Positions 16,453 through 30,934 of a stretch of 64,000 bases of DNA are shown in pieces (positions within the stretch are counted from its first letter, which is position 1; each line of letters begins with the position of its first letter). The position numbers and the translations under genes were made by a program. The stretch comes from Chrysomallon squamiferum (Eukaryota; Animalia; Mollusca), in assembly GCA_012295275.1 (NCBI GenBank), contig CM022668.1, positions 13,082,001-13,146,000 of the forward strand, read 5' to 3'. The notes beneath the pieces were generated by a model that was given only the letters and a program-made list of their open reading frames with translations, ran no database searches and was not told the DNA's origin.

Positions 16453-17252
16453 ATATACGTATAATGAAAATAAGCCAGTTTTTATATTTGTGTTCATTTA
16501 TTCATTTATTTGTTTATTTTTTTTAGTTCATTCCCCGATCACCGCAACTATCCCTGTTCAAAAGTGCTTCGTACAGAAACGTCACAATCGAATGCTATCT
16601 GCCGAGAGGAGACGGAAAAATTAGCCATGGTAACGACACAGTGGCCACGCGGCCCAAGTTCAACATCTTCAAATCGAAAGGGAGTTACTTACCCACGGGC
16701 GACACCGACGAAACTCAACGACGCGGGAACTTTCTGCGCATTCTCAACGACCACCTCACGGAAAAACCCGACAAGATGAACATGCTGACGGCTTCCAACG
16801 AAGAGAAAATGATATTCATCTCCCTTGACATAAACCGACGAACGCGATCCATGCAGATACACATTCTCGACGCCGTCAATTTCGACCCGAAAATATTGCC
16901 AAGCGACAGAAAGAACATAATTATACGCGCCTACATAACGAAGAAACAGTCGATGTTTTCCCGCTCGAAGCTGTTTCTGGGGCAACCCGAAGAGGCGCGA
17001 ATGAAACGCCCTCTCAATTTCAGACATATTGGTGACCACGTGATCAAGAACTACATCCTCCACATTGACTTGTATAGGCACTGCAAAAACTCAAACTGTA
17101 AAATATTAGTGGGGAAAACTTCAGTTGACTTGAAAATGTTTGAGTCGGTGAATAACATTCTGATGTGGAAGTTTCTTAAGCCGATTCACGAAACAAAGGC
17201 ACAGATGGCAAAACAGCTGCTGAAATTAATCGGGAACTGCGCATGTCAGTAG
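15824..17252 (+). CDS. Divergent C2-domain protein, copy 3 (exons 15824-15838 and 16527-17252)
   Basis: Same splice sites and intact ORF as copy 1. Confidence 0.8.
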
Positions 17253-18392
17253 AGTGGCTCTTGAACAATCGTCTAACATCGACAGAAACCTCGCAACCCT
17301 TAAGGATACAAACTTTTCCTTAAAGTGTTCCTCAACATTATATAGTATTTATTTTTTTCTATCTTGTTGTAAAAGTGAGAATGAAAAAGTGAATAACTAG
17401 AGAAAGTGAAGATTCCATGTACAGTCTTAATCTAAAACGCACTGCTGTTGTTCCTACTGCAGTTGTTATTTATTTTTATTTGTTTTTGTTTATTTATGTT
17501 ACTCGACAGGAGCTTTTGTAAATAAAAAATTCTACAGTAAAGTTATTTTACATTATTATTATTCGTATTATTATTATTATTATTATTATTATTTCCCCTC
17601 TTTCTTCACGTGTCGAAAAGATCATTACAGACTAAGTAACCAAAATAATTTGGATCATTCCCTTCTGCTACTACTATAAGAACAGAAAACTACCAAAACA
17701 GTTTTACTTTTATTGCCGCTACGACTGCAACTACCACAACAACAACTACTACACTGCAACTACTTTTGCTACCAATACTACAACAGCACTACTGCAATTA
17801 CTTTACAGCTACTGCAACTACTGTGACAACTATTACCACTACTATCAACCACTGCTATTACAACTGTTACTACTACATTATAAGTAAAACTACAAATACT
17901 ACTTCTACTGCTAATACTAAAACTTTTACTATTACTCTTCGTCTATAATTACTACATCTTCTGTTCCAAGTATTGCTCTTTATTTACACAACCAATACAA
18001 CTACTACTACTACTCTTACAGTTTCGACTGTAACAACTACAAAAACAACATCTTCAGAACTACTGCAAACATCATTACTACGACTACAACTACTACACTA
18101 GCAGTGCTTCTACAACAGTAACTATTACTACTGCCACTACATTGCAACTACTGCTACTACTACAACTAGTGCTACACTGCTACTACCACAACTACAACTA
18201 CAGTACTACAATTACTATTACAGCTACAGCTATTACTATTGCAGTAACAACAACAATGAGACTATTACTGCTACTACTTCGACTGCGGTACTGCGACTAT
18301 CACCACTATTCGTATGGAAGATAGTATTATCAGATAATAGCAAGTCCTGTTAATAAAAGCAGAAACAAATACAGAAAGAGCAGAAAAACAAA

Positions 18393-18431
<39 letters not shown>

Positions 18432-18486
18432 AGACCATTGTGATGATTCAGTTTAAAATTAGATTATTTAATGGTTTACTAATGTA

Positions 18487-18528
<42 letters not shown>

Positions 18529-19355
18529 CTAAAGCTAAACAAAAACTAAACAAGCAAAATAAAAGCAACAACAACAATAAAAAACACACCCTAAAATAAA
18601 ATAAACAACAACAATAAAAGAAAAAGCCTAAATACAGAAATAAGCAACGAATTATCATTAACAACAAGCAAATCGTTTAATGCCATATAAACAGCGTAAA
18701 TGAATTTCAAAATATATTAAAATATTATTTTTACTGATATATTCTTCTTTTTTGCGTTTTAAACTTTTAACACAAACATTGCAAACTGAGAGCTAATTTT
18801 TTTTTACTCTGCACGATTTATAAACTGTCCTGGAGTGTTTTAAAATTATTTATTTTCAAACGTAGTCTTTATATTCGTTGTTTTCTTGGTTTCCTCCTTC
18901 TACTTTTTTTAATTTTTAAATTCAGTATTTAATCAGTTTTATAGTTTAATTCCTTTTTCTTTTTTCTTTTCTATTTTTCAAAATAATGGACTGCGATAAA
19001 AAGAACATCTGTTTTCAGTGTACGTTCATTTCACATTTCCCACAATCACGCTGATATTAATGATTGCAAATAAACATGTTCGACTTAAATAAACATAATG
19101 TGATGGTCATCACCATGGTGAGGTGAGTTTTCAAACAGAAAGACACGCTGAACTGTGATTAACAAATTTTAAAAATGTACAAGCGAGATAATAAGATATG
19201 AAATACAGTTTTATGTTCGTTTATTCACTGAGTGAATAAATATTGATTCTGAGATACACTGACACATGTACACACCGACAAACACACGCACACGGACAGA
19301 AACAGATACACAAATACACACAAATATACACACAGAGACAAGCACACATACAAAG

Positions 19356-19388
<33 letters not shown>

Positions 19389-19833
19389 AACTTACATATA
19401 CAAATTTGTTTTGTAGAATAATAATAGTATCAGTTATCAGTTAACAGCAAGTATTCTTTTACTACCCCGCCACGTGCACCACGCAATATAAACTGGAAAA
19501 AGAACATAGTCCTGTTCCTTGTTATTATACGTGGATCTGTTTTTTTTGTGTGTGTGTCTGTGCGTGGTACGTATGTGAGTGTGTGAGTGTGTATATGTGT
19601 ATGTTTAAATTAATGATGACCATGATAAATAAATAAACTAGTTATGTAAATACACAACAACAACAACAACAACAACAACTACTACTACTACTACCACAAC
19701 CACCACCACCACCACTACTACTATTATTGTTGTTGTTGTTATTATTGTTATTATTACTATTATTGTTATTATTGTTGTTGTTGTTGTTGTTGTTATTATT
19801 GTTTTTGTTGTTGTTGTTGTTGTTGTTATTATT

Positions 19834-19883
<50 letters not shown>

Positions 19884-20686
19884 TAAAATGAAACTGTATT
19901 CCACTGTCTCCTGAGTAACATGTCAATATTCTGTATCCATGGAGATATGAAAAAATCTATTTCCGAATTTATATACATCAAATATAACAACTGCACCAGT
20001 AATTTCATCTTGTCTCTTGATTTCTTTCCTTCTTTCTTTCTTTCTTTCTTTCTTTCTTTGCTTGGTTACTTATTTATTTATTTACCTATTTTTTTACACT
20101 TATTTATTTATTTACTTTATTGTTATTTATTTATTTACTTTTATTATTATTTATTTATTTACGTTTTATTTTTTCACTTATTTGTTTTTTTGCTTATACA
20201 TATGTATATATATGTGTGTGTGTGTTTGTGTGTATATATATTTGTATTATATATGTATATATGATTACATATGTATGTATGTATGTATGTATATATGTAT
20301 TCTAAATGTACAGATATATACATAGATGGGGAGGGAGATAGAGAGATAGAGAGAAAAAAATGGAAAACTAGCGAAACTGAAGGCTTATTTATGTAATAAA
20401 AGGGGAAAAAAAGAAAAAGTAAATAAATGAATAACTAAATAAGTAAGTAAATAAGTAAATAAATATTAAAATAACATATTTGACTAATACTGATATTCCG
20501 AACTTATTCAGTCTGTTTGTACTTTCAATATACGACCACCGGACTTTGTAAGGAAAAACAAATTCTAAATTTGTAACGTGACGTAGTTTGACAGTTAACA
20601 AATAACAAGAGAACAAATAACAAGAGTAATATCCAAAACGAGCAAAAGAATTACAACAGTAAAGAGAAATTATCCATTAACGAAAG

Positions 20687-21091
20687 ATGTGTACTATGAA
20701 GGTAAGCGATTTTCTTTTTATTCGTCTTCTTGATGATTATGATGATGATGATTATTGTTTTTATTATTATTATTATTATTAGTAGTAGTATTATAATTAT
20801 TATATTCCTTCTTTGTCTTTTCTTCTTGTTTCTAGTTTCTTCTTTTTCTTCTTCTTCTTCTTCTTCTTCCTGTATTTTCTTCTTATTATTTTAATTAGTA
20901 TTAAAACTCTGAACACAATAATGATAGGGGATTTCAAATCAGCATATTCTGCAACATAAAGAATTCTATTTTATATTTAGATTGTATTTAGAATTGCTTT
21001 ATTCACTACAACTAAAGTAATTTCAAATTTAAAAACAAGCTACATTCTTAAACAATACTGACGCAATACAAATATGTATCTATCTATCTAT

Positions 21092-21128
<37 letters not shown>

Positions 21129-21985
21129 CCTACCTACCTACCTACCTACCTACCTACCTACCTATCTATCTATCTATCTATCTATCTATACGTATAATGA
21201 AAATAAGTCAGTTTTTATATTTGTGTTCATTTATTCATTTATTTGTTTATTTTTTTTAGTTCATTCCCCGATCACCGCAACTATCCCTGTTCAAAAGTGC
21301 TTCGTACAGAAACGTCACAATCGAATGCTATCTGCCGAGAGGAGACGGAAAAATTAGCCATGGTAACGACACAGTGGCCACGCGGCCCAAGTTCAACATC
21401 TTCAAATCGAAAGGGAGTTACTTACCCACGGGCGACACCGACGAAACTCAACGACGCGGGAACTTTCTGCGCATTCTCAACGACCACCTCACGGAAAAAC
21501 CCGACAAGATGAACATGCTGACGGCTTCCAACGAAGAGAAAATGATATTCATCTCCCTTGACATAAACCGACGAACGCGATCCATGCAGATACACATTCT
21601 CGACGCCGTCAATTTCGACCCGAAAATATTGCCAAGCGACAGAAAGAACATAATTATACGCGCCTACATAACGAAGAAACAGTCGATGTTTTCCCGCTCG
21701 AAGCTGTTTCTGGGGCAACCCGAAGAGGCGCGAATGAAACGCCCTCTCAATTTCAGACATATTGGTGACCACGTGATCAAGAACTACATTCTCCACATTG
21801 ACTTGTATAGGCACTGCAAAAACTCAAACTGTAAAATATTAGTGGGGAAAACTTCAGTTGACTTGAAAATGTTTGAGTCGGTGAATAACATTCTGATGTG
21901 GAAGTTTCTTAAGCCGATTCACGAAACAAAGGCACAGATGGCAAAACAGCTACTGAAATTAATCGGGAACTGCGCATGTCAGTAG
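20687..21985 (+). CDS. Divergent C2-domain protein, copy 4 (exons 20687-20701 and 21260-21985)
   Basis: Same splice sites and intact ORF; the protein appears identical to copy 3. Confidence 0.8.
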
Positions 21986-23133
21986 AGTGGCTCTTGAACA
22001 ATCGTCTAACATCGACAGAAACCTCGCAACCCTTAAGGATACAAACTTTTCCTTAAAGTGTTCCTCAACATTATATAGTATTTATTTTTTTCTATCTTGT
22101 TGTAAAAGTGAGAATGAAAAAGTGAATAACTAGAAAAACTGAAGATTCCATGTACAGTCTTAATCTAAAACGCACTGTTGTTGTTCCTAATGCAGTTGTT
22201 ATTTATTTTTATTTTTTTGTTTGTTTATTTATGTTACTCGACAGGAGCTTTGGAAATAAAAAATTATACAGTAAAGTTATTTTACATTATTATTATTATT
22301 ATTATTATTATTTCCCCTCTTTCTTCACGTGTCGAAAACATCATTACAGACTAAGTAACCAAAATGATTTGGATCATTCCCTTCTGCTACTACTATAAGA
22401 ACAGAAAACTACCAAAACAGTTTTACTTTTATTGCCGCTACGACTGCAACTACCACAACAACAACTACTACACTGCAACTACTTTTGCTACCAATACTAC
22501 AACAGCACTACTACAATTACTCTACAGCTACTGCAACTACTGCTATTACTAACTGTTATAATTATAATTAAAACTACAAATACTACTTCTACTGCTAATA
22601 CTAAAACTTTTACTATTACTCTTCGTCTATAATTACTATTACTGCTACATCTCCTGTTCCAAGTATTGCTCTTTATTTACACAACCAATACAACTACTAC
22701 TACTACTCTTACAGTTTCGACTGTAACAACTACAAAAACAACATCTTCTGAACTACTGCAAACATCATTACTACGACTACAACTACTACACTAGCAGTGC
22801 TTCTACAACAGTAACTATTACTACTGCCACTACATTGCAACTACTGCTACTACTACAATTAGTGCTACACTGCTACTACCACAACTACAACTACAGTACT
22901 ATTACTATTACAGCTACAGCTATTACTATTGCAGTGACAACAACAATTAGACTATTACTGCTACTACGACTATCGACTATCACCACTGTTGGTATGGAAA
23001 ATAGTATTATCAGATAATAGCAAGTCCTGTTAATAAAAGCAGAAACAAGTACAGAAAGAGCAGAAAAACAAACAAATAAAGAAATAAAGAAAGAAAGAAA
23101 CAAGTAAATAAACAAATCAATTAAGAAGAAACC

Positions 23134-23168
<35 letters not shown>

Positions 23169-24061
23169 TTCAACATTCTTTTCTTTCACTATTACTGCCT
23201 CGTTATAAGCATCAAATTCATTTGTTCTTAATCGTTTTAATATTTTATGCCAAAAGCTAGCGAAACAAGGGGATTTTAATCATGTTAAACGATTCCTTAT
23301 ACCCTGCCAGGGCCCCACGGGGGTAACGTATTACTCAGTCGATTGAAAATACATTTTTAATGCGACTTTTTAACCTTCGGATGGTGCGAAAGAAAATAAT
23401 TAATATTATTTTATTTATTGTTCTTTAGGGATCAGTAATTAACGCGTCATTATGGCTGATCTTTCGGGTTAAAGCTGTTAATATTAGCCGGTTTAAGATC
23501 GTACAATTCCGGAATATACCGAAAACTCCGATTGGTCTGCAAAATTTTGATTATCATAATTTATGTCGCTAGCTTGCAGAAAGACTGTTTCTTAGGATAT
23601 ATATTATATCTGGATTTGGGGATACAGAAATAAATTATTATTATTATTATTATTTTTTTTTTTTTTGCCCATAATAATATAAAAGACTGTGACTTAACAT
23701 ACTTTTGAAAACACGAAACGTCACAGTATTCAATGACGTCAGGAGCTTTCGTCAGCTTTTGATATTATTTTCGGAAATTATATTACATTTTCAGAACAGC
23801 AATATTCCGAAAATCTACTAAGTTTCTGCTATTTCATTTGTAAGGAGGATTTTTGCCCAGCCTTGTTTCATTTTTTTCACTGTGGTGGTGGTGGTGGTGG
23901 GGGGGTATTTTGTCTGCCTGAGCGTTTTTGGACTTGTGGGGGTGGGGGACTCGTGTCTTACATTCCTGGGTTTGTGCTCTCGGACACGTACGCAAATATA
24001 CGTGACTACAAACACACACACACACACTCACATACATACATACATACATACAAACATACAA

Positions 24062-24092
<31 letters not shown>

Positions 24093-24352
24093 TACATACA
24101 AACATACAAACATAAAAACATACACACACTCACATACATACGTACATACAAACATACACACACAAACACACACATATAATATACACACACGCATATACAT
24201 ATATATATATATACGTTTTTATGTGTATAAGCTATGTATGTATGTGTATGTATGTATGTATATTTGTATGTATGTCTGAATGTATGTATGTATGTGTGTT
24301 TGTGTATATAGTTGTATGTATGTATATATGTATGTATGTATGTTTGTATGTT

Positions 24353-24422
<70 letters not shown>

Positions 24423-24509
24423 TATGGCGGCGTTAAATCGTATTATTTTGTGAAAAATGTGTTTTATTAATATTTGTAAGTCGTCCAAAAGAATAAAATA
24501 GTAACATGG

Positions 24510-24555
<46 letters not shown>

Positions 24556-25543
24556 CTAAGAGCTTTTACTTGTAACTTTTATCGTCAAAGGTATTTTTTA
24601 CTTCATCCTATTTTTCATTCTACTGTTTTTCTTCTTTTCTTTTTCACTTCAATTGTTTCTTCTTTTTTTGTATTTATTTTTTTTTTTTTTTAATAATTAA
24701 TTCTCCTAGTTTTCTCTAACCTTAACATATGTAATATTTATTTGAAAATTTAGACAGTTCCCTTTGCAATTAAATGTTGAAATATTTTATGAAGACGAAG
24801 AAGAAGAAGAAAAAAGATAAAGATTTCTAAAACATAACTAAATTAAAAAAAGTAAAAGTTTAAGATGAATTTATAAAAAAAGCAGTTTGTTTTTATCCTT
24901 TTATGCGTTTAAAATGTCTAAAGATGGTTAATGAGGTACGATATGTTGAAAGCAAAATGTCGAACTCGATTTTCTGTATGAATGTTCGTTGCAACGTTTT
25001 TTTTTTTCGTTTCATTTTTTTTTTTTTTTTTTTTTTTTTTTCTTCAAAAAACTACATTAAGATTTATTAAACAAGGTCATAGAAAATTCAATCAATTTAA
25101 CAATAATCCTGCGCACCAGCATTTCGAGAAAGAGGCAGAAAGGCGAAATAGATAAAACGAAAAATTAGATGGATAGATCAATAGAAAGACAGATTATAAA
25201 ATATAGATAGATAGATTGACAGAGAGACAGATATTTAGATAAAATCAGAGAGAGAGTGAAATATTGAGAAAGAGAAAGTAACAGCGCATTTAATTATTTG
25301 AATAACAATAAAGAAAGTAAAACAAAAAATAAAATAATAATAATAACGAAAAATTACTAATAAGACACAAATAAAAGATTAAAAGGAGAACAGAAGTAAA
25401 AAAGGAGAAGTAAAAGAAAGAAGAAAGAAGAAAGAAAGAAAATAATAATAAAAAAGAAAGATTAAAAATAATAAAATAGAATAAAAACGGTAATAATAAT
25501 AATAGCAACAACAACAACAAAAACAACAACAATCAACAATAAC

Positions 25544-25601
<58 letters not shown>

Positions 25602-25695
25602 GCAAATAAAAATATTCATCGAAAAAGATGAAAAAAAAACCCCAAAAAAAAACAAACAACTATCAGACGATTTTAATAAAACTTTTCCACTGTCA

Positions 25696-25889
25696 TCACG
25701 TGACAGACATCGTAACGATTGGCGACCCGAGCCCTGTGCACGTGCCCAATTAAACTTCTCCTTAACACACCCGCGCGACTCTGTCGTCTGTTTATTGATT
25801 TGTCGCAGACGACTTTTCAGGTTCGCAGCAGACGCCAAGACAAAGAGAAACGACACAGCAGACGCAAGCAAAACAGATCACAGGTACGT
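25696..25889 (+). promoter_or_regulatory. Putative promoter plus non-coding first exon (target gene unclear)
   Basis: CpG-rich island in AT-rich DNA with TCACGTGA (25696), ATTGG (25718), CACGTG (25739), CCAAT (25746) and donor CAG|gtacgt at 25883/25884. Confidence 0.4.
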
Positions 25890-26759
25890 TTTTTAATTAA
25901 TTAAGTCTACATTTCTAATTTTTCCTTTAATACACGCACGTTAAATTATTCTAACACTTATGGCTTAACTCGATTTAAATTTGACTTAGCTTAATGTATA
26001 TTTGTCCTTCAATAAATCAACAATTTTGTGTTAGAAAACAAATGTGATATTCCATAAATGAATATCAGTTTTAAATATACTCTCCCACGAAAGTTTACCC
26101 TTGTAAGTATCTTAATATAAATTTAAGCGATTTAAGTAAATAAATATTATTTATAAATAATCATACTCGTTCTTAGGTCGATGTGCGTTTGTGATGTAAC
26201 TAAAACAACAATTTTAAGTTAGAAAATAGACTGTTATTCCATAAATAAATATTAGCGTTAAATATACACTCATTTTGTAACTTCACACTTATAGTATCTT
26301 ATAATACATTTGTGATTTAATTTAAACTACACTTCTCAGTTAGGTAATAGGGTTGGTATCGAATAAGTAAAGAAATACTATTTTTAAATCTATACATGAA
26401 CTTAAGGCTAAACTTATAAGGTAGCTTAATCTACATTAGTAGTTCAATTAAATTTACGTTTGTAAAACTAGATTTGTGGCTGAATTAAATCTACAGCACT
26501 AAGTTTGGGTTTGTTTTTCAATAAACAAATACAAGTATTAGTTTTAAACACACAGTCGTACTTGGATCAATAAATTTTAAGTTGTAATTTAGTGTTTTAT
26601 AATTTAGTTAAGACTATATTCACAAATAAGTCAAATTTCAGTTTGTGGTTTAGCTAAATCTACAGTTTTGAATTGGGAAATAGGTTTGTTGGTGAATAAA
26701 TAAATATTAGTTTTAAATACATACTCGTACGTATATATATATGTATGTATGTATGTATG

Positions 26760-26996
26760 TATTTTTAAATTATTCTCTAAAATTTAAAAATACATACATA
26801 CATAAATATATATATATATATATATTTATGTGTGTATGTATGTATGTATGTATTTTTAAATTTTAGAGAATAGTTGTTTTTGAAATATACATGTATGTAA
26901 TTTTTTTTAAATATATATATATATATATACATACACACACAAATATAAATAAATATATACATACATATGGACATGTATATGTATGTGTACATACAC

Positions 26997-27028
<32 letters not shown>

Positions 27029-27640
27029 TATACATTCACATATACATATGGACATGTATATGCACAAACACACATACGTCCATAATATATAGACCTAAAA
27101 TAAGCATACATTCACAGATACATACATACACAAAAAAACACACACACACACATACACGACACTCACAACATATGCACAAAATAAAAATTAATTAAAAAGC
27201 ATAACCTTTCTATATATATATATATTTTAATTTTAGAGAATAGTTATATATATATATATATATATATAAATTTTAGAGAATAGTTATATATATATATTTT
27301 TAATTTTAGAGAATAATTATATATATATATATTTTAATTTTAGAGAATAGTCATGCTTTTTAATTAATTTTTTATTTTTATTAATTACTTAAAATCTGTC
27401 CTTCCGCGTTACATCCAAGCATATTTAAACAAATTTCGTTATTTAAGCATTTATGTGTCTGTGTGCATGTGCGTGTGCGTGGCGTGTGTGCGTGTGTTTG
27501 TGTATGTATGTATCTATGAATATATGCTTATTTTATGTCTATATATTATGGACGTTTGTTTGTATGTGCCTATACATGTCCATATGTATGTATGTATGTA
27601 TGTATGTACATATATATGTATGTATGTATATATATTATGG
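26760..27640. repeat. Nested inverted repeat (foldback) with an internal tandem repeat
   Basis: ACGTCCATAATATATAGACCTAAAATAAGCATACATTCACAGATACATACATACA (~27076-27130) is the near reverse complement of ~27501-27555. AATTAAAAAGCAT (~27190) pairs with ATGCTTTTTAATT (~27353). Four central copies of TATA..TTTTAGAGAATA lie between, and a smaller hairpin sits at ~26760-26875. Confidence 0.8.
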
Positions 27641-27695
27641 ACGTATATGTGTGTGTATGCGTGTAACTGTCCATATGTGTGTGTGTGTGTGTGTT

Positions 27696-27730
<35 letters not shown>

Positions 27731-28484
27731 CTATATGAGCATGGGTGCATGTGTGTTTCATGAATGCATACGTGCATTTCTCTGAATACGACGAAACCTT
27801 GTTGTAACCTTGAAAAATAACCTTGAAGCCCGCTTAACTTGCAACTGTGAAATCTCCGCAGTTAAATACAGAATCCAGAACATCTTGAGCAAACAGAGTC
27901 TCGTTTTATCTCAAGCTTTAAAATAATTTTTCCCATTGAAGAGATCGGATTTTATTTAAACACAAAGCAAGGTTAATTCGTTCTGGTTTCACAGCGTCAG
28001 TGTAAACAGAGAAGATCTGATTAAACTATAATTGGTTGTAAAGATAATCGTATCTCCAGGCTTACGCATGTTTCGGCGCCAAATGCAAAGACTGTGACGT
28101 AGTTTTTATTATGACGTAGGGGGGGGAGGGCTTTAAAGAACAGTAAAGACGCTTTCTTTTGAGACAAACAGAAGCGAGAAAATCTGATTTAAATGAAATG
28201 AATTGTGTAAATGAAAAGAATAAAGGAACTGAGAAACCAGTGAAGATCGAAATAGATTGTCAACAAAAAGTGATAATGTATTTAACTTTATCAACAGTAC
28301 GATGCGTATGTTATACTTATATCCAGTATTTTTAAAACAAACGTACGTAAATATGTCTATAATATATTAATAAATAAACATTAAATTGAATAGAAATACA
28401 AAGTCATGCAATATCGTAATTGTTCATAAGACTGAATATATATGTATTTTATTATGTGTATTAAAATTTTAGTTTCACGCCAAA

Positions 28485-28571
<87 letters not shown>

Positions 28572-28658
28572 CTCCTTTCTCACTCTCATCCGAATAATTT
28601 TAACGAAAACCGCAAAATTATTGCTATTTAAAAAATAAAAAAGAAAAGAAATGAATAG

Positions 28659-28691
<33 letters not shown>

Positions 28692-29205
28692 GCGTTACAG
28701 AAATCTATACGTTAACAATTTACACAGACAGTGTAAAAATCAAAACGGTTTCAGTTTTGTTTTGTTCCAAAACAAAATGAAATTGAACTGACAGCGCTTG
28801 AAAAGGCTTCATTTTCGCGCCTCTTCATTTTATGTCGATCTGGCTGAACGAAAAACCAACGATCAGTGAATTGATCATTCAGTTTCCCATAAAAGATTTG
28901 TTCTGCCTTCATTTTTACTAGCAGACGATACATAATGACGGTTTACGTGAGTGATCTGTTCTTGCGCGGAACTCTCCTAAGGGGAGTCGTGGTAATTTCA
29001 AAAAACACGTTTTTATTGCTTTGATCTTTTGATCACTTTTTATCACCGTCAGTTTGTAATGTTTGGGTTATTAATGACGATTGTTAACACGTAATATGAG
29101 TCACTCTTGGGCTGCAGACGTGAAAAACGAATATGTTTGTGTCTGAACGCAATATGTTGTTTTTTTTTTTTTTTTTTTTTTTTTTATATTTCTTTTGTCA
29201 GCCCA

Positions 29206-29243
<38 letters not shown>

Positions 29244-30005
29244 CATATAAAATTCAGACGATGTATCTACGCGCACTTTTCCCCATGAGCATTTTTTTTC
29301 TTTTTTTTCCAAGGTTCTTCTTTTTTTTTTAATTTAGTTTTTGGTGAAAAATTACCCATACATTTTTTAAATGATCTGAAAAATACATTTAATTGGAAAA
29401 GAAAAATTTTAAGAATTATACTGGAACTAATTTTTAATTTTTTTTAACTTTATTTATCTATTTCTTTCTTTCTTTCTTTCATAGTGATAGTGGTGATAGT
29501 AATAGCAATTGTGCAAACATTTCATGACATCACCAGGAGAAAAAAATGTACAATTGCTTGTCAGTTTTAATACACACGTTTATTTGTATGTGTGTCTGTT
29601 AGTAGTCTAATACAAAAACACATACTCTTTACGTCAGTATGTTTTCTTTTATTTCATTTATATGTTTTTGTATGTATGTATGTTTGTATGTATGTATATA
29701 TGAAGGTATATATATATATGTGTGTATGTATAATCTATCTGTCTCTATGTGTGCGTGTGTGCGCGCGCGCGCGCGTGTTTGTGATTGTGTGTGTGTGTGC
29801 AAGCATGTAGGTAAATGTGTTCATTGATATCCCTGCATACACGCTTGTATGAATAAAAAAAAATTAAATAAAAATCACAACTTGAATATTAACTATTTTA
29901 TTGTTACTAGTTTAGCACTGGCAGTGCGCTCAGATTGACCCGAAATCTCCGGAAGTTTCGGCAAGTTTTCCGTCATGCTTCGGGCGTTTCCGCCGCTATC
30001 CACGA

Positions 30006-30867
30006 TCACGACTGATGTGCCGAGCAGTGTTTGCCCGAAAATTCCTCATTACTGATGCTGCCGTCCTCTGAAAAATATCGACAAACAGAAAATTTGCATT
30101 AAGCAAATCTATATTCGTTCTCCCTAGCCAATCGTAACAATAAAGAGAAGAACACAATTGCGACTCCGCACAGAGGTAACGAAAGCCGTCAATATTTAAC
30201 TCATATTAATTCACCTTATCAAAATGCTCGCTGATATTAAGCAATAAAATACATTTAATATCGTTAATATGCAGAGCATCGGCGACATTTGGGTCAGAGT
30301 AATTTTTTTTTTTTTTTTTAATAAACTAACTGTTGGTATCCATCCAGACTGCTAAAACAGCTTTCAACAAAGACTGGTTTTCTGTAAGGAGTTGCGCCAC
30401 TTCTTCAATACTAAACGATTGCCTGAAAAAAAATAAAAAAACGAAATTAAAACCAGTCTAATGACGTCATTTTTTTTTTTTTTTTTATCTAGGTCGTAAT
30501 AAGCAGGCGAAATGAAAGAAAAAAAACGAAAATAAACTTGTCTAATGACGTCAGTTTTGGGTATTCATGTCGTAATAAGCAGATGAAATAATAATAATAA
30601 TAATTAAAACTAGTCTAGTATTGATGAAAAAAGTTAAAGAAGAAATTCGACGTCTCCACATAGGTTATTCTGATCAGTTGATCACTAGACAACATTTCTG
30701 TTCATAGACACTAAATGAAATAAAAGTGTATTGGCTAAAGAGCGCTTGTTAGAATGTGAAAAAACGTATAATCTAGGCCAGACAAGGAGTGATCATACGA
30801 CTGTCATCCTAAATGTAGACCAGCAACAACAACAGCAACAACAACAACATTAATGATAATGATGATG

Positions 30868-30934
<67 letters not shown>

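Larger units (their letters stand above)
3716..23080 (+). repeat. Tandem segmental duplication, 4 copies of a ~4.7-5.1 kb unit
   Basis: The unit start (AAAT)n-AAAGACCATTGTGATGATTCAG recurs with its G at 3764, 8519, 13360 and 18433. The unit end ...ACAGAAAGAGCAGAAAAACAAA recurs at ~8480, ~13320, ~18390 and ~23070. Copies are near-identical except for microsatellite lengths and small indels. Confidence 0.97.

Noticed and set aside
3716-23080. Transposon or LTR origin of the 4.8 kb unit
   Set aside because: No transposase or reverse transcriptase ORF, terminal repeats or target-site duplications were seen, and the unit holds an intron-containing host gene.
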